A DNA stretch of 64,000 nt from Candidatus Bathyarchaeota archaeon (GTDB lineage Archaea > Thermoproteota > Bathyarchaeia > Bathyarchaeales > Bathycorpusculaceae), in the NCBI GenBank assembly GCA_963827165.1, contig CAWGZR010000012.1, positions 64,001 to 128,000 of the forward strand, in the 5' to 3' direction. Positions 30,559 to 41,286 of the stretch are shown piece by piece. Within the stretch, counting starts at the first letter, position 1. Each line of letters opens with the position of its first letter. The position numbers and the translations under genes were made by a program. The notes below the pieces were generated by a model. That model saw only the letters and a program-made list of their open reading frames with translations, searched no databases and was not told where the DNA came from.

Positions 30559-31189
30559 TTAGGCTGGCATGTAAAAGTTTGAGCCGCCGTAGTAAGCCAC
30601 ATTTCTTGCCGTCACTGCGTGGGAGCCTTGGCAAAGTTTGCCGATGTTTGCCATAAGCTGGTAAGATGCTTTCAACGCTAGGTTCAAGTCGTTATTTGTC
30701 AAGAATTTTGCTTCTATGTTAAGCGTTGTTCCCTGAATGTTTGCAGCTATTTGAATTCCGCCGTCTTCAGTAATCCACTTCAAAGTTAAGCCGCGATTGT
30801 TTTCCGAAATGCCTAGCCAACGCAGCAAACCGAACCATTTGCCCCTAAGTGAAAGAATAAGCTGCTGTGTCATGAGGTCGGAAGGCAGAAAGGTCTGAAT
30901 AAGGGGCGTCGCGGGCTCTTCAATGTGTGTTTGGGTAAGTTTCAGCTTGGTTATTTTTGGTGAAACCCGGTAGCCTTCATGTTCTTTTTTGACTATTCCT
31001 TCCTGTTCCAATCTAGGCAAGGATGCGCGAAAGCGTTTCGGGATGCAGGCCTGTTCTGCGTTTTAACCCATCAAACGTAAATATGGTCAAGTCCTCGTTT
31101 TCTATAAGTGCTAAAACGTCTGCATCGCGTTCGCTAAGGTTATAATCGTCGGGAAGGCTCTGCCAATCAACATTCAGGACAGGTATCAT
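30559..31189 (-). pseudogene. wHTH-domain protein with a frameshift near 31020
   Basis: MIPV...FTFDGLKRRTGLHPETLSRIL joins RLEQEGIVKK in another frame. Confidence 0.7.
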
Positions 31190-31355
31190 TGTTGCTATGG
31201 ATTGCCCAAACGTTTCTTTTGAACATTACCCTAATTAATAGAGGAAAACCATGAAACGCGCGCCAAAATCGGCTCCTTTCATTTTTCAAAGGGACTGTTG
31301 TGCAGTCGGATTGGCGTTTTCTTTGGTTTTCACTATGTTGTTTCGAGACGATTTA

Positions 31356-31384
31356 ACTATATAGTCTATAGTAATTATATTGGG
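31356..31384 (+). promoter_or_regulatory. Candidate phosphate-regulon operator
   Basis: ACTATATAGT palindrome plus TAATTATATTGG; both recur upstream of the PhoU/AbrB regulator. Confidence 0.4.
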
Positions 31385-31437
31385 AATCGATATAACAACA
31401 GAATCTACATTGTCGATTGTAATTATGAGGAATAAAA

Positions 31438-32772
31438 ATGAAAACTACATACATGATAGCCATCGCAGTAGTTGTCATCGTTATAATAATAGGCAGCGTA
31501 TTCGCTTACACATACTTATCTAAACCAGGAACATCCACCCCCACTCCAAGTCCAGCTCCAACCGCAACAACAAGTCCATCGGCAACCCCAACTTCTTCAC
31601 CAACCTCAAAGCCAACAGGCTCCCCAACAGCAACGCCCACTTCGGGCCCAACTGCGACCCCAACTGGCGCGCCTACTCCGACTCCGTCACCTTCGCCGAT
31701 ACCCGCAGCGACGTTAAACGGGGGCGGAGGTACACTTGTCGCCCCGCTAATGTCCGTTTGGCAAGGCGCCTATGGATCAGCCTATCCACAAATAACAGTT
31801 AACTACAACGCAGAAGGAAGCGGCGCAGGAATTACTGATTTTAAGAATCAAGTGGTTAATTTCGGTGAATCAGATGCACCAATGACTGCAGCCCAATACG
31901 CTGCGTTACCGACAAACAACGTTGCTTTAACAGTACCTATATCAGCCAGCGCAGTCGTACCAGCATATAATCTAAAGCTCCTCAACGGTACAGTTTGTCA
32001 GAATGGCCTAAATTTCACTGGTACAGTTCTTGCAAATATTTTCTTGGGAACCGTAACCACATGGAACGATTCATCGATCCAAGCTTTACAAAGCCCAGCA
32101 GTCGCAGCTCAATTGCCTAACACACCCATAATCACCGTCCATCGATCTGACGGAAGTGGAACAATGTTCGCCTTCAGCAACTTCCTATCCGACTCAAGCA
32201 CAGCATTTAACACAACAATTGGGAAGAGCACCACTCCAAATTGGGTTAGCACTCCAGGTGGCACTATTGCCGCACCCAAAAACGCTGGTGTCGCAGCTGC
32301 TATTGCCGGAAACAACGGCGCAATCGGTCCGCTTGAAATTGCCTACATACTTGAAAACACAGGTCAAACTTCACTTTACTATGGCACCGTCGAAAACGCC
32401 GCAGGCAACTTCATCTTGGCAAACGTTACGAACATAGCTGCCGCCCTCCAAGCCGGAGCCACAATGGGTCTTCCAGCAGGAAGTGCCTCTTGGACAACTG
32501 TCTCCATAGTCGACAACATATTCACCAATGCATCTGCAACCAACGTCTACCCGATTGCGACTCTAACCTATATGCTGATTTATCAAAACCAGAGCAACGT
32601 CCCAAACACTTCCGCGGCTCAAGCTACCGCCGTCGCCAACTTTGCCTCATGGATCGTGAACTCAGGCCAATCATTAGGAACAGGATTAGGCTACGTCCCA
32701 CTGCCAGCAAACATAGTCTCAGTCGATAACACTTCAATCGCTTCCATAACCTACAACGGAAATCCAATATAA
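31438..32772 (+). CDS. pstS: Phosphate ABC transporter substrate-binding protein
   Basis: N-terminal TM, P/T/S linker, GGGT, GSGAG, HRSDGSGT, YPI. Confidence 0.95.
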   Translation: MKTTYMIAIAVVVIVIIIGSVFAYTYLSKPGTSTPTPSPAPTATTSPSATPTSSPTSKPTGSPTATPTSGPTATPTGAPTPTPSPSPIPAATLNGGGGTLVAPLMSVWQGAYGSAYPQITVNYNAEGSGAGITDFKNQVVNFGESDAPMTAAQYAALPTNNVALTVPISASAVVPAYNLKLLNGTVCQNGLNFTGTVLANIFLGTVTTWNDSSIQALQSPAVAAQLPNTPIITVHRSDGSGTMFAFSNFLSDSSTAFNTTIGKSTTPNWVSTPGGTIAAPKNAGVAAAIAGNNGAIGPLEIAYILENTGQTSLYYGTVENAAGNFILANVTNIAAALQAGATMGLPAGSASWTTVSIVDNIFTNASATNVYPIATLTYMLIYQNQSNVPNTSAAQATAVANFASWIVNSGQSLGTGLGYVPLPANIVSVDNTSIASITYNGNPI

Positions 32773-32845
32773 TAGCTATAAATTTTAATAGCTATATTCC
32801 CTCATCCTTTTTTGTGTTAACCCGAAAGTACTGAGGACAAATAAA

Positions 32846-33775
32846 TTGCAATTCAGGCTGCTAAGAGGAGACACGATATTAACAATAGCTCTTGCAGCAG
32901 CAGCCTTATTCGTTATTGGAATTGTTGTCGCACTTGCAGTTGAGCTTATTTCTGGGTCAGCATCATCCATACTAAAGTTCGGACCAAACTTTTTAGTCTC
33001 ATCGAAATGGCAACCAAGCAACAATTTTTTTGGTGCTTTGCCGTTTATTTATGGAACGTTGGTGACTTCAGCAATTGCCATCGTTATCGGGTTTCCAATT
33101 AGCCTCGGAATAGCTATTTTCATATCCGAGAAATTGAAAAGCCATCAAAAATTCGGTTATTTATTGGGTACACTCGTTGACCTTTTAGCAGCTGTTCCGA
33201 GCGTCATTTATGGCTTATGGGGCGTTTTTGTCTTAATACCACTCTTAAAGGATTATGTTGAAAAACCCTTGAATAAGTCTCTTGGTTCCATTTCATTATT
33301 CTCTGGGCATCCGTTCGGATATGACTTTTTTTCAGCCGGAGTAATTTTAGCCATAATGATTATTCCAACTATGTCAGCGGTTACACGAGATGTTCTAAGC
33401 GTCGTCCCCAATAGTCAGCGCGAAGCAATGTACTCGCTCGGAGGTACAGATTGGGAAGTCACGCAAAAAGCCGTCTTGCCTTATGCCCGATCAGGCATAT
33501 TTGGCGGTTTCATTCTAGGTCTTGGAAGAGCATTCGGCGAAACAATGGCCGTTACAATGGTTATAGGTAACATTCCTTCAATTTCTTCAAGTTTGTTTTC
33601 GCCAGGTGCCACTTTGTCTTCAATTATAGCCAATCAATTTGGGGAGTCTTCAGGGCTTTTTCAATCGGCTTTGATTGAATTAGGATTAATCCTGTTTTTC
33701 GTAGCCGTTCTAATTAACGGCCTTGCTCGATTATTGCTTTGGAGGATGACTCGTGGGACACAAGTTAAACCTTGA
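32846..33775 (+). CDS. pstC: Phosphate ABC permease
   Basis: PSVIYGLWG and LGRAFGETMAV. Confidence 0.96.
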   Translation: MQFRLLRGDTILTIALAAAALFVIGIVVALAVELISGSASSILKFGPNFLVSSKWQPSNNFFGALPFIYGTLVTSAIAIVIGFPISLGIAIFISEKLKSHQKFGYLLGTLVDLLAAVPSVIYGLWGVFVLIPLLKDYVEKPLNKSLGSISLFSGHPFGYDFFSAGVILAIMIIPTMSAVTRDVLSVVPNSQREAMYSLGGTDWEVTQKAVLPYARSGIFGGFILGLGRAFGETMAVTMVIGNIPSISSSLFSPGATLSSIIANQFGESSGLFQSALIELGLILFFVAVLINGLARLLLWRMTRGTQVKP

Positions 33776-33784
33776 GAGGGGATT

Positions 33785-34666
33785 ATGGTAACAACAAAAC
33801 CTAGTTTTCCCACAAGTATTTCACTCTGGCGAAAAATTCTAAACAAATTGATGACCATATTAGTTATAGTAGCGGTATTGCTGGCCGTAATTCCACTGGT
33901 GCTAATTCTTGGGGACGTTTTCGTGCGGGGTGCACCAGCCCTTAGTATCGGTTTTCTTACGCATCTGCAAAAACCACCCAATGTATCAGGTGGCGGAATA
34001 GCCAATGCAATAGTGGGCACCTTTACGATGGTTGGTATTGCCTCTCTTATCTCGGTGCCAATAGGAATTGGAGCCGGCATCTTTTTTTCGGAGTGGGCTT
34101 CATCCAAAGTTTCGACAATTTCAAGTTTCATGAATGACGTTCTAACCGGATTCCCTTCAATTGTATTGGGGCTATTTGTTTTCGTCATTATTGTGTTTCC
34201 AACAAGACAGTTTTCTGCGTTTGCAGGCGGCGTTGCACTGAGTTTTGTAATGCTCCCTATAATCGCGAGGACAACGGGTGAATCTCTTAAACTTGTTCCA
34301 ATGACCCTTAGAGAAGCATCTATGGCTCTTGGAATCCCAAGATGGAAAACTATTTTTAGAATCGTCATTGGCACAGGAAAAAATGGGCTTTTAACAGGCA
34401 TACTTTTAGCCGTGGCACGTGCAACTGGCGAGACAGCTCCAATATTACTAACTGCATCTACAAGCATTTACTTTGCAAAAAGCATATTTCAACCTACAGC
34501 CTCAATGACCGTTCTCATCTACAATTATGCCACTTCCCCCTATGCGTCTTGGCAAACTCAGGCGTGGGGAGCAGCATTGGTACTGATACTTATTATGCTT
34601 GGGCTGAATCTGCTCGTCAAGCTAACAATAGGAAGAAATCTATCAGGAACAAGAATGGAATTGTAA
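33785..34666 (+). CDS. pstA: Phosphate ABC permease
   Basis: PSIVLGLF and ARATGETAP. Confidence 0.96.
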   Translation: MVTTKPSFPTSISLWRKILNKLMTILVIVAVLLAVIPLVLILGDVFVRGAPALSIGFLTHLQKPPNVSGGGIANAIVGTFTMVGIASLISVPIGIGAGIFFSEWASSKVSTISSFMNDVLTGFPSIVLGLFVFVIIVFPTRQFSAFAGGVALSFVMLPIIARTTGESLKLVPMTLREASMALGIPRWKTIFRIVIGTGKNGLLTGILLAVARATGETAPILLTASTSIYFAKSIFQPTASMTVLIYNYATSPYASWQTQAWGAALVLILIMLGLNLLVKLTIGRNLSGTRMEL

Positions 34667-34704
34667 AATGATTACTAAAAACTCAATAAGCTGGATGCAA
34701 AATT

Positions 34705-35511
34705 ATGTCGGGAGGAGAATTTAAAATAAACAGAAATAGCGACTTTGATTCAAATGCTGTTAAGCTATCAACGAAAGACTTGAAAGCCACCTACGGTAAA
34801 GTGGAAGCCCTCAAAGGAATCACACTAAAGTTTCCCGAAAAACGCGTAACAGCTATAATGGGTCCTTCGGGATGCGGAAAAAGCACATTAATAAGGTGCT
34901 TAAACCGGATCCACGAGTTAACCCCCGGAACAAAGGTTGAAGGGGAAGTCATCTTGGATGGCATAAACATTTACTCTCCAAAGGTTGATCCCGTTGCAAT
35001 TCGCAGAAGAATCGGCATGGTTTTTCAGAAAGCCAACCCATTTCCAACGATGTCTATCTACGATAATGTCGTAGCAGGTCTCAAACTCAACGGTGTAAGA
35101 GATAAGAAGAAGCTAGATGTTCTAGCTGAAAAGAGCCTTCGGTTCGCGTTTCTTTGGGAAGAAGTTAAGGGTGACTTGAAGAAACCTGGAACTGCTCTGT
35201 CGGGAGGACAGCAGCAGAGGCTTTGTATAGCACGGGCTCTGGCAGTTGAGCCTGAAGTTATTCTCATGGATGAGCCTTGTTCAGCTCTTGACCCAACCGC
35301 CACTGCAAAAGTCGAAGAATCAATTGTTCAGCTAAAGAAAGAATTCACCGTCATCATCGTTACGCACAACCTTCAGCAAGCCGCACGCATCTCAGACTAC
35401 ACTGCATTCATGTATCTTGGAAAACTGGAAGAATTCGGGGAAACAGCGAAAGTGTTCGAGACTCCTAAAAGTGAGTTAACTGAAAAATACATTACAGGGA
35501 AATTTGGATAG
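34705..35511 (+). CDS. pstB: Phosphate ABC ATPase
   Basis: [32 protein letters not shown]. Confidence 0.97.
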   Translation: MSGGEFKINRNSDFDSNAVKLSTKDLKATYGKVEALKGITLKFPEKRVTAIMGPSGCGKSTLIRCLNRIHELTPGTKVEGEVILDGINIYSPKVDPVAIRRRIGMVFQKANPFPTMSIYDNVVAGLKLNGVRDKKKLDVLAEKSLRFAFLWEEVKGDLKKPGTALSGGQQQRLCIARALAVEPEVILMDEPCSALDPTATAKVEESIVQLKKEFTVIIVTHNLQQAARISDYTAFMYLGKLEEFGETAKVFETPKSELTEKYITGKFG

Positions 35512-36168
35512 GTGAACAACATGGAAAGACTGATAGATGCAGGATTAGAAGAATTAACCGTGATAGTGTATAAGATGGGAGGAACCGCTGAGAAAGCCTT
35601 ATCCACGTCCATAAACGGCTTTGTCGAGGGCAAAGACTTCTCAAAAGACGTTCATGAACTTGCGGAAATTCTCGTAAACAGAACCGTGGAAGTGGAAGAG
35701 AAATCTTTCAGCCTGATAGCAAAGTATCAGCCCGTTGCCTCCGACCTAAGAATCATAAACTCTTACATGAAAGTAGCCTACGACTTCGAGCGTTATGGTC
35801 GATATGCCTGGGACATCTCCTTCATCTCTACGCGCTTCAATGGGAAAACCAGCAACTGCGACGATTGGATATTCGAATACATCGAGAAAATGGCTGAGAG
35901 AGTCCTTCAAATGGTTCGAATAAGCATTAACTCACTCAAACGGCTAGATCCTGACCTTGTTAAGAGTATGACTGAAGAAGAAGCTGCAGTTGACAAAGCT
36001 TACTTTGAGTACTTAGATAAATTGGTCGAACGAGCAACAGTCACCAACGAATGCACCATCTCAAGCGTCCTCGTCGTACGATACCTTGAACGCATTGCAG
36101 ACCACGCTATGCATATCATGGAGGCTGTGGTTTACATTGCAACCGGCGAGAAAGTAACGTTAAGGTAG
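35512..36168 (+). CDS. phoU: Phosphate uptake regulator PhoU
   Basis: QPVASDLR and LERIADHA. Confidence 0.93.
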   Translation: MNNMERLIDAGLEELTVIVYKMGGTAEKALSTSINGFVEGKDFSKDVHELAEILVNRTVEVEEKSFSLIAKYQPVASDLRIINSYMKVAYDFERYGRYAWDISFISTRFNGKTSNCDDWIFEYIEKMAERVLQMVRISINSLKRLDPDLVKSMTEEEAAVDKAYFEYLDKLVERATVTNECTISSVLVVRYLERIADHAMHIMEAVVYIATGEKVTLR

Positions 36169-36259
36169 CACAGCGAAGAAAGTGACCCGAAAAAGATTTT
36201 CTTGGCCCTAAAAATATGGACCACCCAATTTAAGATTAATCTGGACAAAAACTCGAAAA

Positions 36260-37318
36260 TTAGCCGAGAACCGATTCAACGTTCATGTTCAACACAACCT
36301 CTGAAATATCGCTAGCATATTCTGCTGTTCTGCGCACACTTTCAATGGATAGTCTCAAGTTGATAGCGTCTTCGATTTTGATGTTCTGCATCAGCATCAC
36401 AGATTCCTTCTCTAACTTGTGCACTTGACTTGTTCTCTCGATGACGGTTTCAGCCAGGTTAAAGTCGCGTCTGAATAATGCATCCATGGAATTCTCAAAC
36501 ATCAATATTGCCAAACTACTTAGCTCGGTTAGCTTGTCTGAAAACTCTCCGTTGACCTGCTCCTTTAGGGACAAAGTGTTTTCAGCGATTTTAGTAGCGT
36601 GGTCCGCGGTTCTCTCCACTGCTTTAGCGATGAGTCTGTAGCCGAGGCAGTCTCTCTGGGAATTCAAGCCGATTTCCTTCACTACTCGCGGGTTCGAAAC
36701 TGCTAATTTCAAAAGTCTGACAATGTACAGCCCAAACCGGTTTACTTCTCGGTCGGTTTCAATAACTGATTTTGCCGCTGAATAATCCAGTTTTTTTAGC
36801 GCCGACAAGGCTTCTTTATGCATGGATGAGGCAATTATCGACATTCTACTCAAAGCGTTTTGAACTGTAAGCTCTGGGTAATTAAGCAGGACCTGAAGGG
36901 TCAATTCTGTCGGCGTATCGATCACGATTTCGGTTCCAACCAAGTAATGCCTTGCAAAGTTTTTGAGGTGATTTCGAACTTTGGCTGAAAGAATTTTTTG
37001 GGCTGGCGCTCTGATGTGAAGGATGTTGTACCCGCTTAAGTAAGCCGAAATCGCTGTTCTCATGATTGCGTCAGGGTTATCGCTCGCTGAGGCTTTGATG
37101 AAGGCTTCGTCTTGTTTTTCTTTTTTTACAAATTTTGATGGCGCAACGCAAAGTGATCCATCATCTTCCTCCCGAACGACCATTGAGCTCCCTCTTTTGA
37201 GCTCATTTCGTATAGCCCATTCTTTGGGAAGGGAAAGGATGAATGTTGATCCGCCGGTTACCTGAAGTTTGCGTTGTTCTTCGTTTTGTTTCTCAACTTC
37301 TGCTGTCAACGTTAACAC
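36260..37318 (-). CDS. AbrB-PhoU fusion phosphate regulator
   Basis: RKLQVTGGSTFILSLPKEW AbrB domain plus ERTADHA PhoU repeats. Confidence 0.92.
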   Translation of the reverse strand: MLTLTAEVEKQNEEQRKLQVTGGSTFILSLPKEWAIRNELKRGSSMVVREEDDGSLCVAPSKFVKKEKQDEAFIKASASDNPDAIMRTAISAYLSGYNILHIRAPAQKILSAKVRNHLKNFARHYLVGTEIVIDTPTELTLQVLLNYPELTVQNALSRMSIIASSMHKEALSALKKLDYSAAKSVIETDREVNRFGLYIVRLLKLAVSNPRVVKEIGLNSQRDCLGYRLIAKAVERTADHATKIAENTLSLKEQVNGEFSDKLTELSSLAILMFENSMDALFRRDFNLAETVIERTSQVHKLEKESVMLMQNIKIEDAINLRLSIESVRRTAEYASDISEVVLNMNVESVLG

Positions 37319-37340
37319 GTCAGTATGGTGTCTACTGTTT

Positions 37341-37371
37341 CCTAATTATATTAGGTAACTCTATATAGAGT
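37341..37371 (-). promoter_or_regulatory. Candidate phosphate-regulon operator
   Basis: CCTAATTATATTAGG and ACTCTATATAGAGT palindromes. Confidence 0.4.
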
Positions 37372-37504
37372 ATGTATTTTATTGAGTTTTACTATATAAA
37401 AAATGTGGTTTACAAAACAGCAAACAAGAAAAACCGAAATAAAGAAAATACATACTGCCTCTCCCTGATTTGCCGGTCTCGTAACTTGCTTTGATTTATC
37501 TAAA

Positions 37505-37678
37505 TTATTGAAACGCTTCGAAGAAACAAATTACGTCTGGACTTTGGGCTACGCTGGAGTTATCAATCAGGTGTGCTGTTCCATCTGGGCAGTAAACTTT
37601 GTCTCCTTTGATCGCTTTCTTGTAACGGACGCTGCATTTCTTAAGCATGGTGCAGCCGTCGCAATCACGTGATAGCAT
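37505..37678 (-). CDS. Small Cys/His-rich protein
   Basis: CDGC...C...CPDGTAH; GAGGTGA RBS. Confidence 0.6.
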   Translation of the reverse strand: MLSRDCDGCTMLKKCSVRYKKAIKGDKVYCPDGTAHLIDNSSVAQSPDVICFFEAFQ

Positions 37679-37857
37679 TCTTTTTTCACCTCTCCAATTG
37701 TTCAACAGATAAATGTATGAAGGCGCCTATAGAGATTCACTTAATAATATATATAAAATATATACTTGATAATCGAATTGACCCTTTAAAAGGTACTTGA
37801 GTGGAAAGAAAAAATTTAAGTAACAAACAAGCGCTTCTTCAAAGAAGGGTTCACGGA

Positions 37858-38109
37858 ATGCCATACGAGATTGACTATGCTGCAGGCGAAAAAGCGAGCT
37901 GCTCCTCAAAAATCACAATAGCCGATAGAATCTTCTACGTTAAACTCTTTTCTTCGCAGCCCTCACGTTTTTTTTCAGGAGACCAAAAAGGCATAATCCA
38001 AAAGGAAATCTCCAAAGCCGAATTCGAACTATGGATCAATATTTTAGTTGACAGCGAAGGCGACGCCGCCGAGATCGGCAAGAAGTTGAACGTTGGGAAA
38101 ACGTATTAG
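37858..38109 (+). CDS. Hypothetical protein
   Basis: ORF beginning MPYEIDY. Confidence 0.55.
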   Translation: MPYEIDYAAGEKASCSSKITIADRIFYVKLFSSQPSRFFSGDQKGIIQKEISKAEFELWINILVDSEGDAAEIGKKLNVGKTY

Positions 38110-38114
38110 ATGCC

Positions 38115-38858
38115 CTAAACGTCTTTCCACCGTGTCTTCTTGTACGCAACGAACAATACTACAGTGCAAACCGCCGAAAGGACTGCCCAATCAAAAATTA
38201 GCAAGTTGACTGGGATGCTTAGGTACCCTGTTGCTGACTGCATAATTTCCGCCACGTATGTTGTGGGTGAAAGGTAAGCGATGTACCTATAAAACGTGGG
38301 GACATAGGTTATCGGGTAGTATACTGGTGGCAACGTAGTAAACAATAATGAAAGAAGCCTGGAAAACGCATAGCTCTGAACAACATCGTTTGAAAATGTT
38401 GACAGCATAAAACCCAAAGCCACTGAAATAGCGAATATAAGCAGCAATGCTGCAGACAAGATTGCCACCTGAATAAGCGAAGGATGCAAATAAATTGTGG
38501 CGAGCGCAATAAGTATAGCTAAAGATGGAATTGAGTATACAACCTCAGCAAGAGTCATTCCCAACATGTAAATTGATGAACTTGTTGGCGAGCTTACGAT
38601 CATATCTTGCAGTTTGAAGTCATTTTTTAAGTGTGAAAGGTCCGATTGAAGCGAAATCCCCGCTGAAAAAAAAGTCATTATCAAACCACCTTCAATCGCC
38701 GTTCCAAAAAGAGTGCCATGACTCACGAAGGTAATTACAATTAGAATCGAAAACGGCGCGATAACGGCGCTCAGCAAAACTACAGGGTAATTTACCATTT
38801 CATAAATGGCATTTACCAGAATTCCCGCCAGAATTTGGCTGAATTTGCTGCGTTTCAA
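38115..38858 (-). CDS. ABC-2 type permease
   Basis: 6 TM; PVYYP...SPTTY. Confidence 0.88.
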   Translation of the reverse strand: MKRSKFSQILAGILVNAIYEMVNYPVVLLSAVIAPFSILIVITFVSHGTLFGTAIEGGLIMTFFSAGISLQSDLSHLKNDFKLQDMIVSSPTSSSIYMLGMTLAEVVYSIPSLAILIALATIYLHPSLIQVAILSAALLLIFAISVALGFMLSTFSNDVVQSYAFSRLLSLLFTTLPPVYYPITYVPTFYRYIAYLSPTTYVAEIMQSATGYLSIPVNLLIFDWAVLSAVCTVVLFVAYKKTRWKDV

Positions 38859-39761
38859 TTATTCGTCCCTCGCTTTTTGCCCAACGAGATAAAAGAAAAT
38901 ATCGTCCAAAGTGACCGGTGTAATCGAGAACTTTACTGATTGATCAGCGAAAAATCTGGCCAGACTGAAAGCTTCAGTTTCATTAGTCATTATCTGGGTG
39001 ACTCCTGTTTGGTCCGTGGTTACTTTCACGTCTCTCAACAGCGGAACCTGCACTTTAGGCGGCAGTTTGATGCTATACTGGTATTTCGCAGCTCCTCTAA
39101 GCTCCGAAAGGGTGCCGAGAGAAACCAATTTTCCATCTTTAAGAATCGCTATTTTATCCGCAAGTTGTTCTGCCTCTTCAAGATAATGGGTTGTAAGAAA
39201 AATGAACCGCTCCTTCCCCAACGCCCTAAGAATTTCCCATAGCTCCCGCCTCGAAATGGGATCTAAACCCGTTGTGGGTTCATCGAGAAAAATGATTTCT
39301 GCTTCTGAAGCCATGACCATTGCTATGAGAACTTTTCTTTTTGTTCCACCCGAAAGCTTACTGGTTAAAACGTTCGCGTACTCTTGCAACCCGAGCTTCG
39401 CAAGCGACTCGTCGGCAAGCCTCTTTCCATCGCCGTATGTGTAGCCTCGCCAAAGAAGATATGAAAGGACAGCTTGTTTAGTTGTCATCCACCTTATCAC
39501 TCGGGCTTCCTGCGGGACAATCGCAATTTTCTCCCTCAACTTATCCTCCTGCTTTGAAATGTCAAAGCCGTTGATGCTTGCAGTTCCCGCGGTGGGTTCA
39601 AGTTCAGTGGATAGGATTCGGATAAGCGTGGTTTTTCCTGCGCCGTTTCTGCCGATTAAAGCGAAAATACCTTTAGTATCCACTGAAAAGGTGACGTTTT
39701 CAAGAGCTTTTCTTTGGTCCCCGTAAACCTTCGTTAAACCGTTGCATTCAAGCTTGCCCAT
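38859..39761 (-). CDS. ABC transporter ATPase
   Basis: GRNGAGKTT, LSGG, LDEPTTGLD; likely start ATG 39761. Confidence 0.92.
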   Translation of the reverse strand: MGKLECNGLTKVYGDQRKALENVTFSVDTKGIFALIGRNGAGKTTLIRILSTELEPTAGTASINGFDISKQEDKLREKIAIVPQEARVIRWMTTKQAVLSYLLWRGYTYGDGKRLADESLAKLGLQEYANVLTSKLSGGTKRKVLIAMVMASEAEIIFLDEPTTGLDPISRRELWEILRALGKERFIFLTTHYLEEAEQLADKIAILKDGKLVSLGTLSELRGAAKYQYSIKLPPKVQVPLLRDVKVTTDQTGVTQIMTNETEAFSLARFFADQSVKFSITPVTLDDIFFYLVGQKARDE

Positions 39762-39948
39762 GGAACTTGTTACCTGAAAATATGACAATATCATTTTTGC
39801 ATATTTTAATTTGCTTGTGCCCTTGATGTACTTGGCTCTTTTCTGCAACTCATAATGACGGCATAGCTTTGGAGATTTTTTTTCGTGCATGCCTTAGAGA
39901 ACCACTCTTGATCGGAAAGTCTAAAGCACCAAGGTTTGTTAACCTTCA

Positions 39949-40078
39949 TTGACTTTTTGTGACTTTATTAGACTTTTTTTGACTTTTACAGACTAATTTT
40001 GACTTTTATTGACTCAATCTGCAAACGTCCCAAGTCCCAAACCAAGAAAGCAAATCAAAAAATAAACAACAAAAACTC
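39949..40078 (+). repeat. 10-bp-period array element, copy A (GACT x7 plus conserved tail)
   Basis: GACT at 39951, 39961 ... 40011, followed by CAATCTGCAA...CAAG...GAAAGCAAATCAAAA. Confidence 0.8.
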
Positions 40079-40112
40079 ATTAGCAACCAAAGATTGACTT
40101 CTTGCGAGTCGT

Positions 40113-41285
40113 CTAATGCTTGCTGTAATAGTCAGCCACAGCTTTAAAAGACTCCTTGGGCTGCCATGGCATTTCAGGGTACGTATCTCCGTGCTTATCT
40201 ATGACGTTGGCGAACTTTGCTGACAGATCTGGAATTGACTCGATGCCTGTTAGTTCCTTTCCCTGTTTTGCGCTATCGGACAGAATCATCTGGAATGTTT
40301 CTTTTTCAGGGTAGCTTTTGACGAGGCTAAAGCTGCCCAAGTCCATGTCAAATCTTGGGTCTTCATTGTAGACCGATGTCGGGGAAACGAAGGTGAAAAT
40401 GAATGTACCTTCCACTCCTGCAGCGTCGAACGCACTGAGTTGTTCAACGATCTCCTTTGACTGCAAACTTTCGTCTCTGATATAGTGGCCGTCTATCTTC
40501 GGAATTATCTTGAGCATTTCGGCAAACGGTAAAGGTACAACAATTTTTTCCCCAAGATAATCATTCATCATTCCAAATACCACAATGAAGCCGCTTCCGC
40601 CAAGCAAATCTGCCCCACGGTAAGTGCAGCAACCGAACTCCCCGATCACAAGCGGCTTGCCATACGAGAGGCAACCCTCGACCACTTTGTCAAAAATCTT
40701 CTTTATCCTGACGTCTCGGTAAAGATCAACACCCACAAAATCGAATTGACCCCATTCAACCCTTTCAAACGGCACTGAAAAATACGTCAATTCACCATTG
40801 AATATCTGTTTGACAGAAATGCATGCTTTGGACAAGAAGGAGTTAAGCGGTTCATTTTGCTTCCCCGCTTGAATGTTCTTCCAAAACGTTGGATTATTCA
40901 TTCTTTGCATGAAGTTCTCGCCCTCGACGATTCCTTGCATGAACAGCGTCAACTCGGAACCAACACTGAAAATCACCCTCCCCCCGAACTTGAGCCGCAA
41001 TGCTTCCGCAACTTTCGCAGCTTGCAAAAGGTAGCCAAGTGTTTCTTCTTGACTTTTATCCCACATCTCTGGCGACAGCCAAACTTCCAACCCCTGAGCT
41101 AGCGCTTCCTCAGCGGCGATTTCAAGACGTTTCAGATCTAAGCCGCAGATTCTAACAGTATTGCAATGCAGATCGTTTTTGATTATGCCAAGTTCGCGCT
41201 TTACTTGCTTGAGGTCAAATTTGGGGCGCCACTGGCTTCCCATCATCACCCGGCCAACATCGTAGCAAACTCCTTTTCGATTCAT
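40113..41285 (-). CDS. TIM-barrel glycoside-hydrolase-like protein
   Basis: KGVCYDVG, DLHCNTVRI, SVGSEL and GEFGCC (clan GH-A-like Glu pair). Confidence 0.6.
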   Translation of the reverse strand: MNRKGVCYDVGRVMMGSQWRPKFDLKQVKRELGIIKNDLHCNTVRICGLDLKRLEIAAEEALAQGLEVWLSPEMWDKSQEETLGYLLQAAKVAEALRLKFGGRVIFSVGSELTLFMQGIVEGENFMQRMNNPTFWKNIQAGKQNEPLNSFLSKACISVKQIFNGELTYFSVPFERVEWGQFDFVGVDLYRDVRIKKIFDKVVEGCLSYGKPLVIGEFGCCTYRGADLLGGSGFIVVFGMMNDYLGEKIVVPLPFAEMLKIIPKIDGHYIRDESLQSKEIVEQLSAFDAAGVEGTFIFTFVSPTSVYNEDPRFDMDLGSFSLVKSYPEKETFQMILSDSAKQGKELTGIESIPDLSAKFANVIDKHGDTYPEMPWQPKESFKAVADYYSKH

Positions 41286-41286
41286 T

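Noticed and set aside
30559-31189. Programmed frameshift in the wHTH gene
   Set aside because: No slippery heptamer or stimulatory structure; likely an assembly indel or decay
31530-31710. Repetitive ACC/CCA-rich tract
   Set aside because: Ordinary Pro/Thr/Ser linker of PstS
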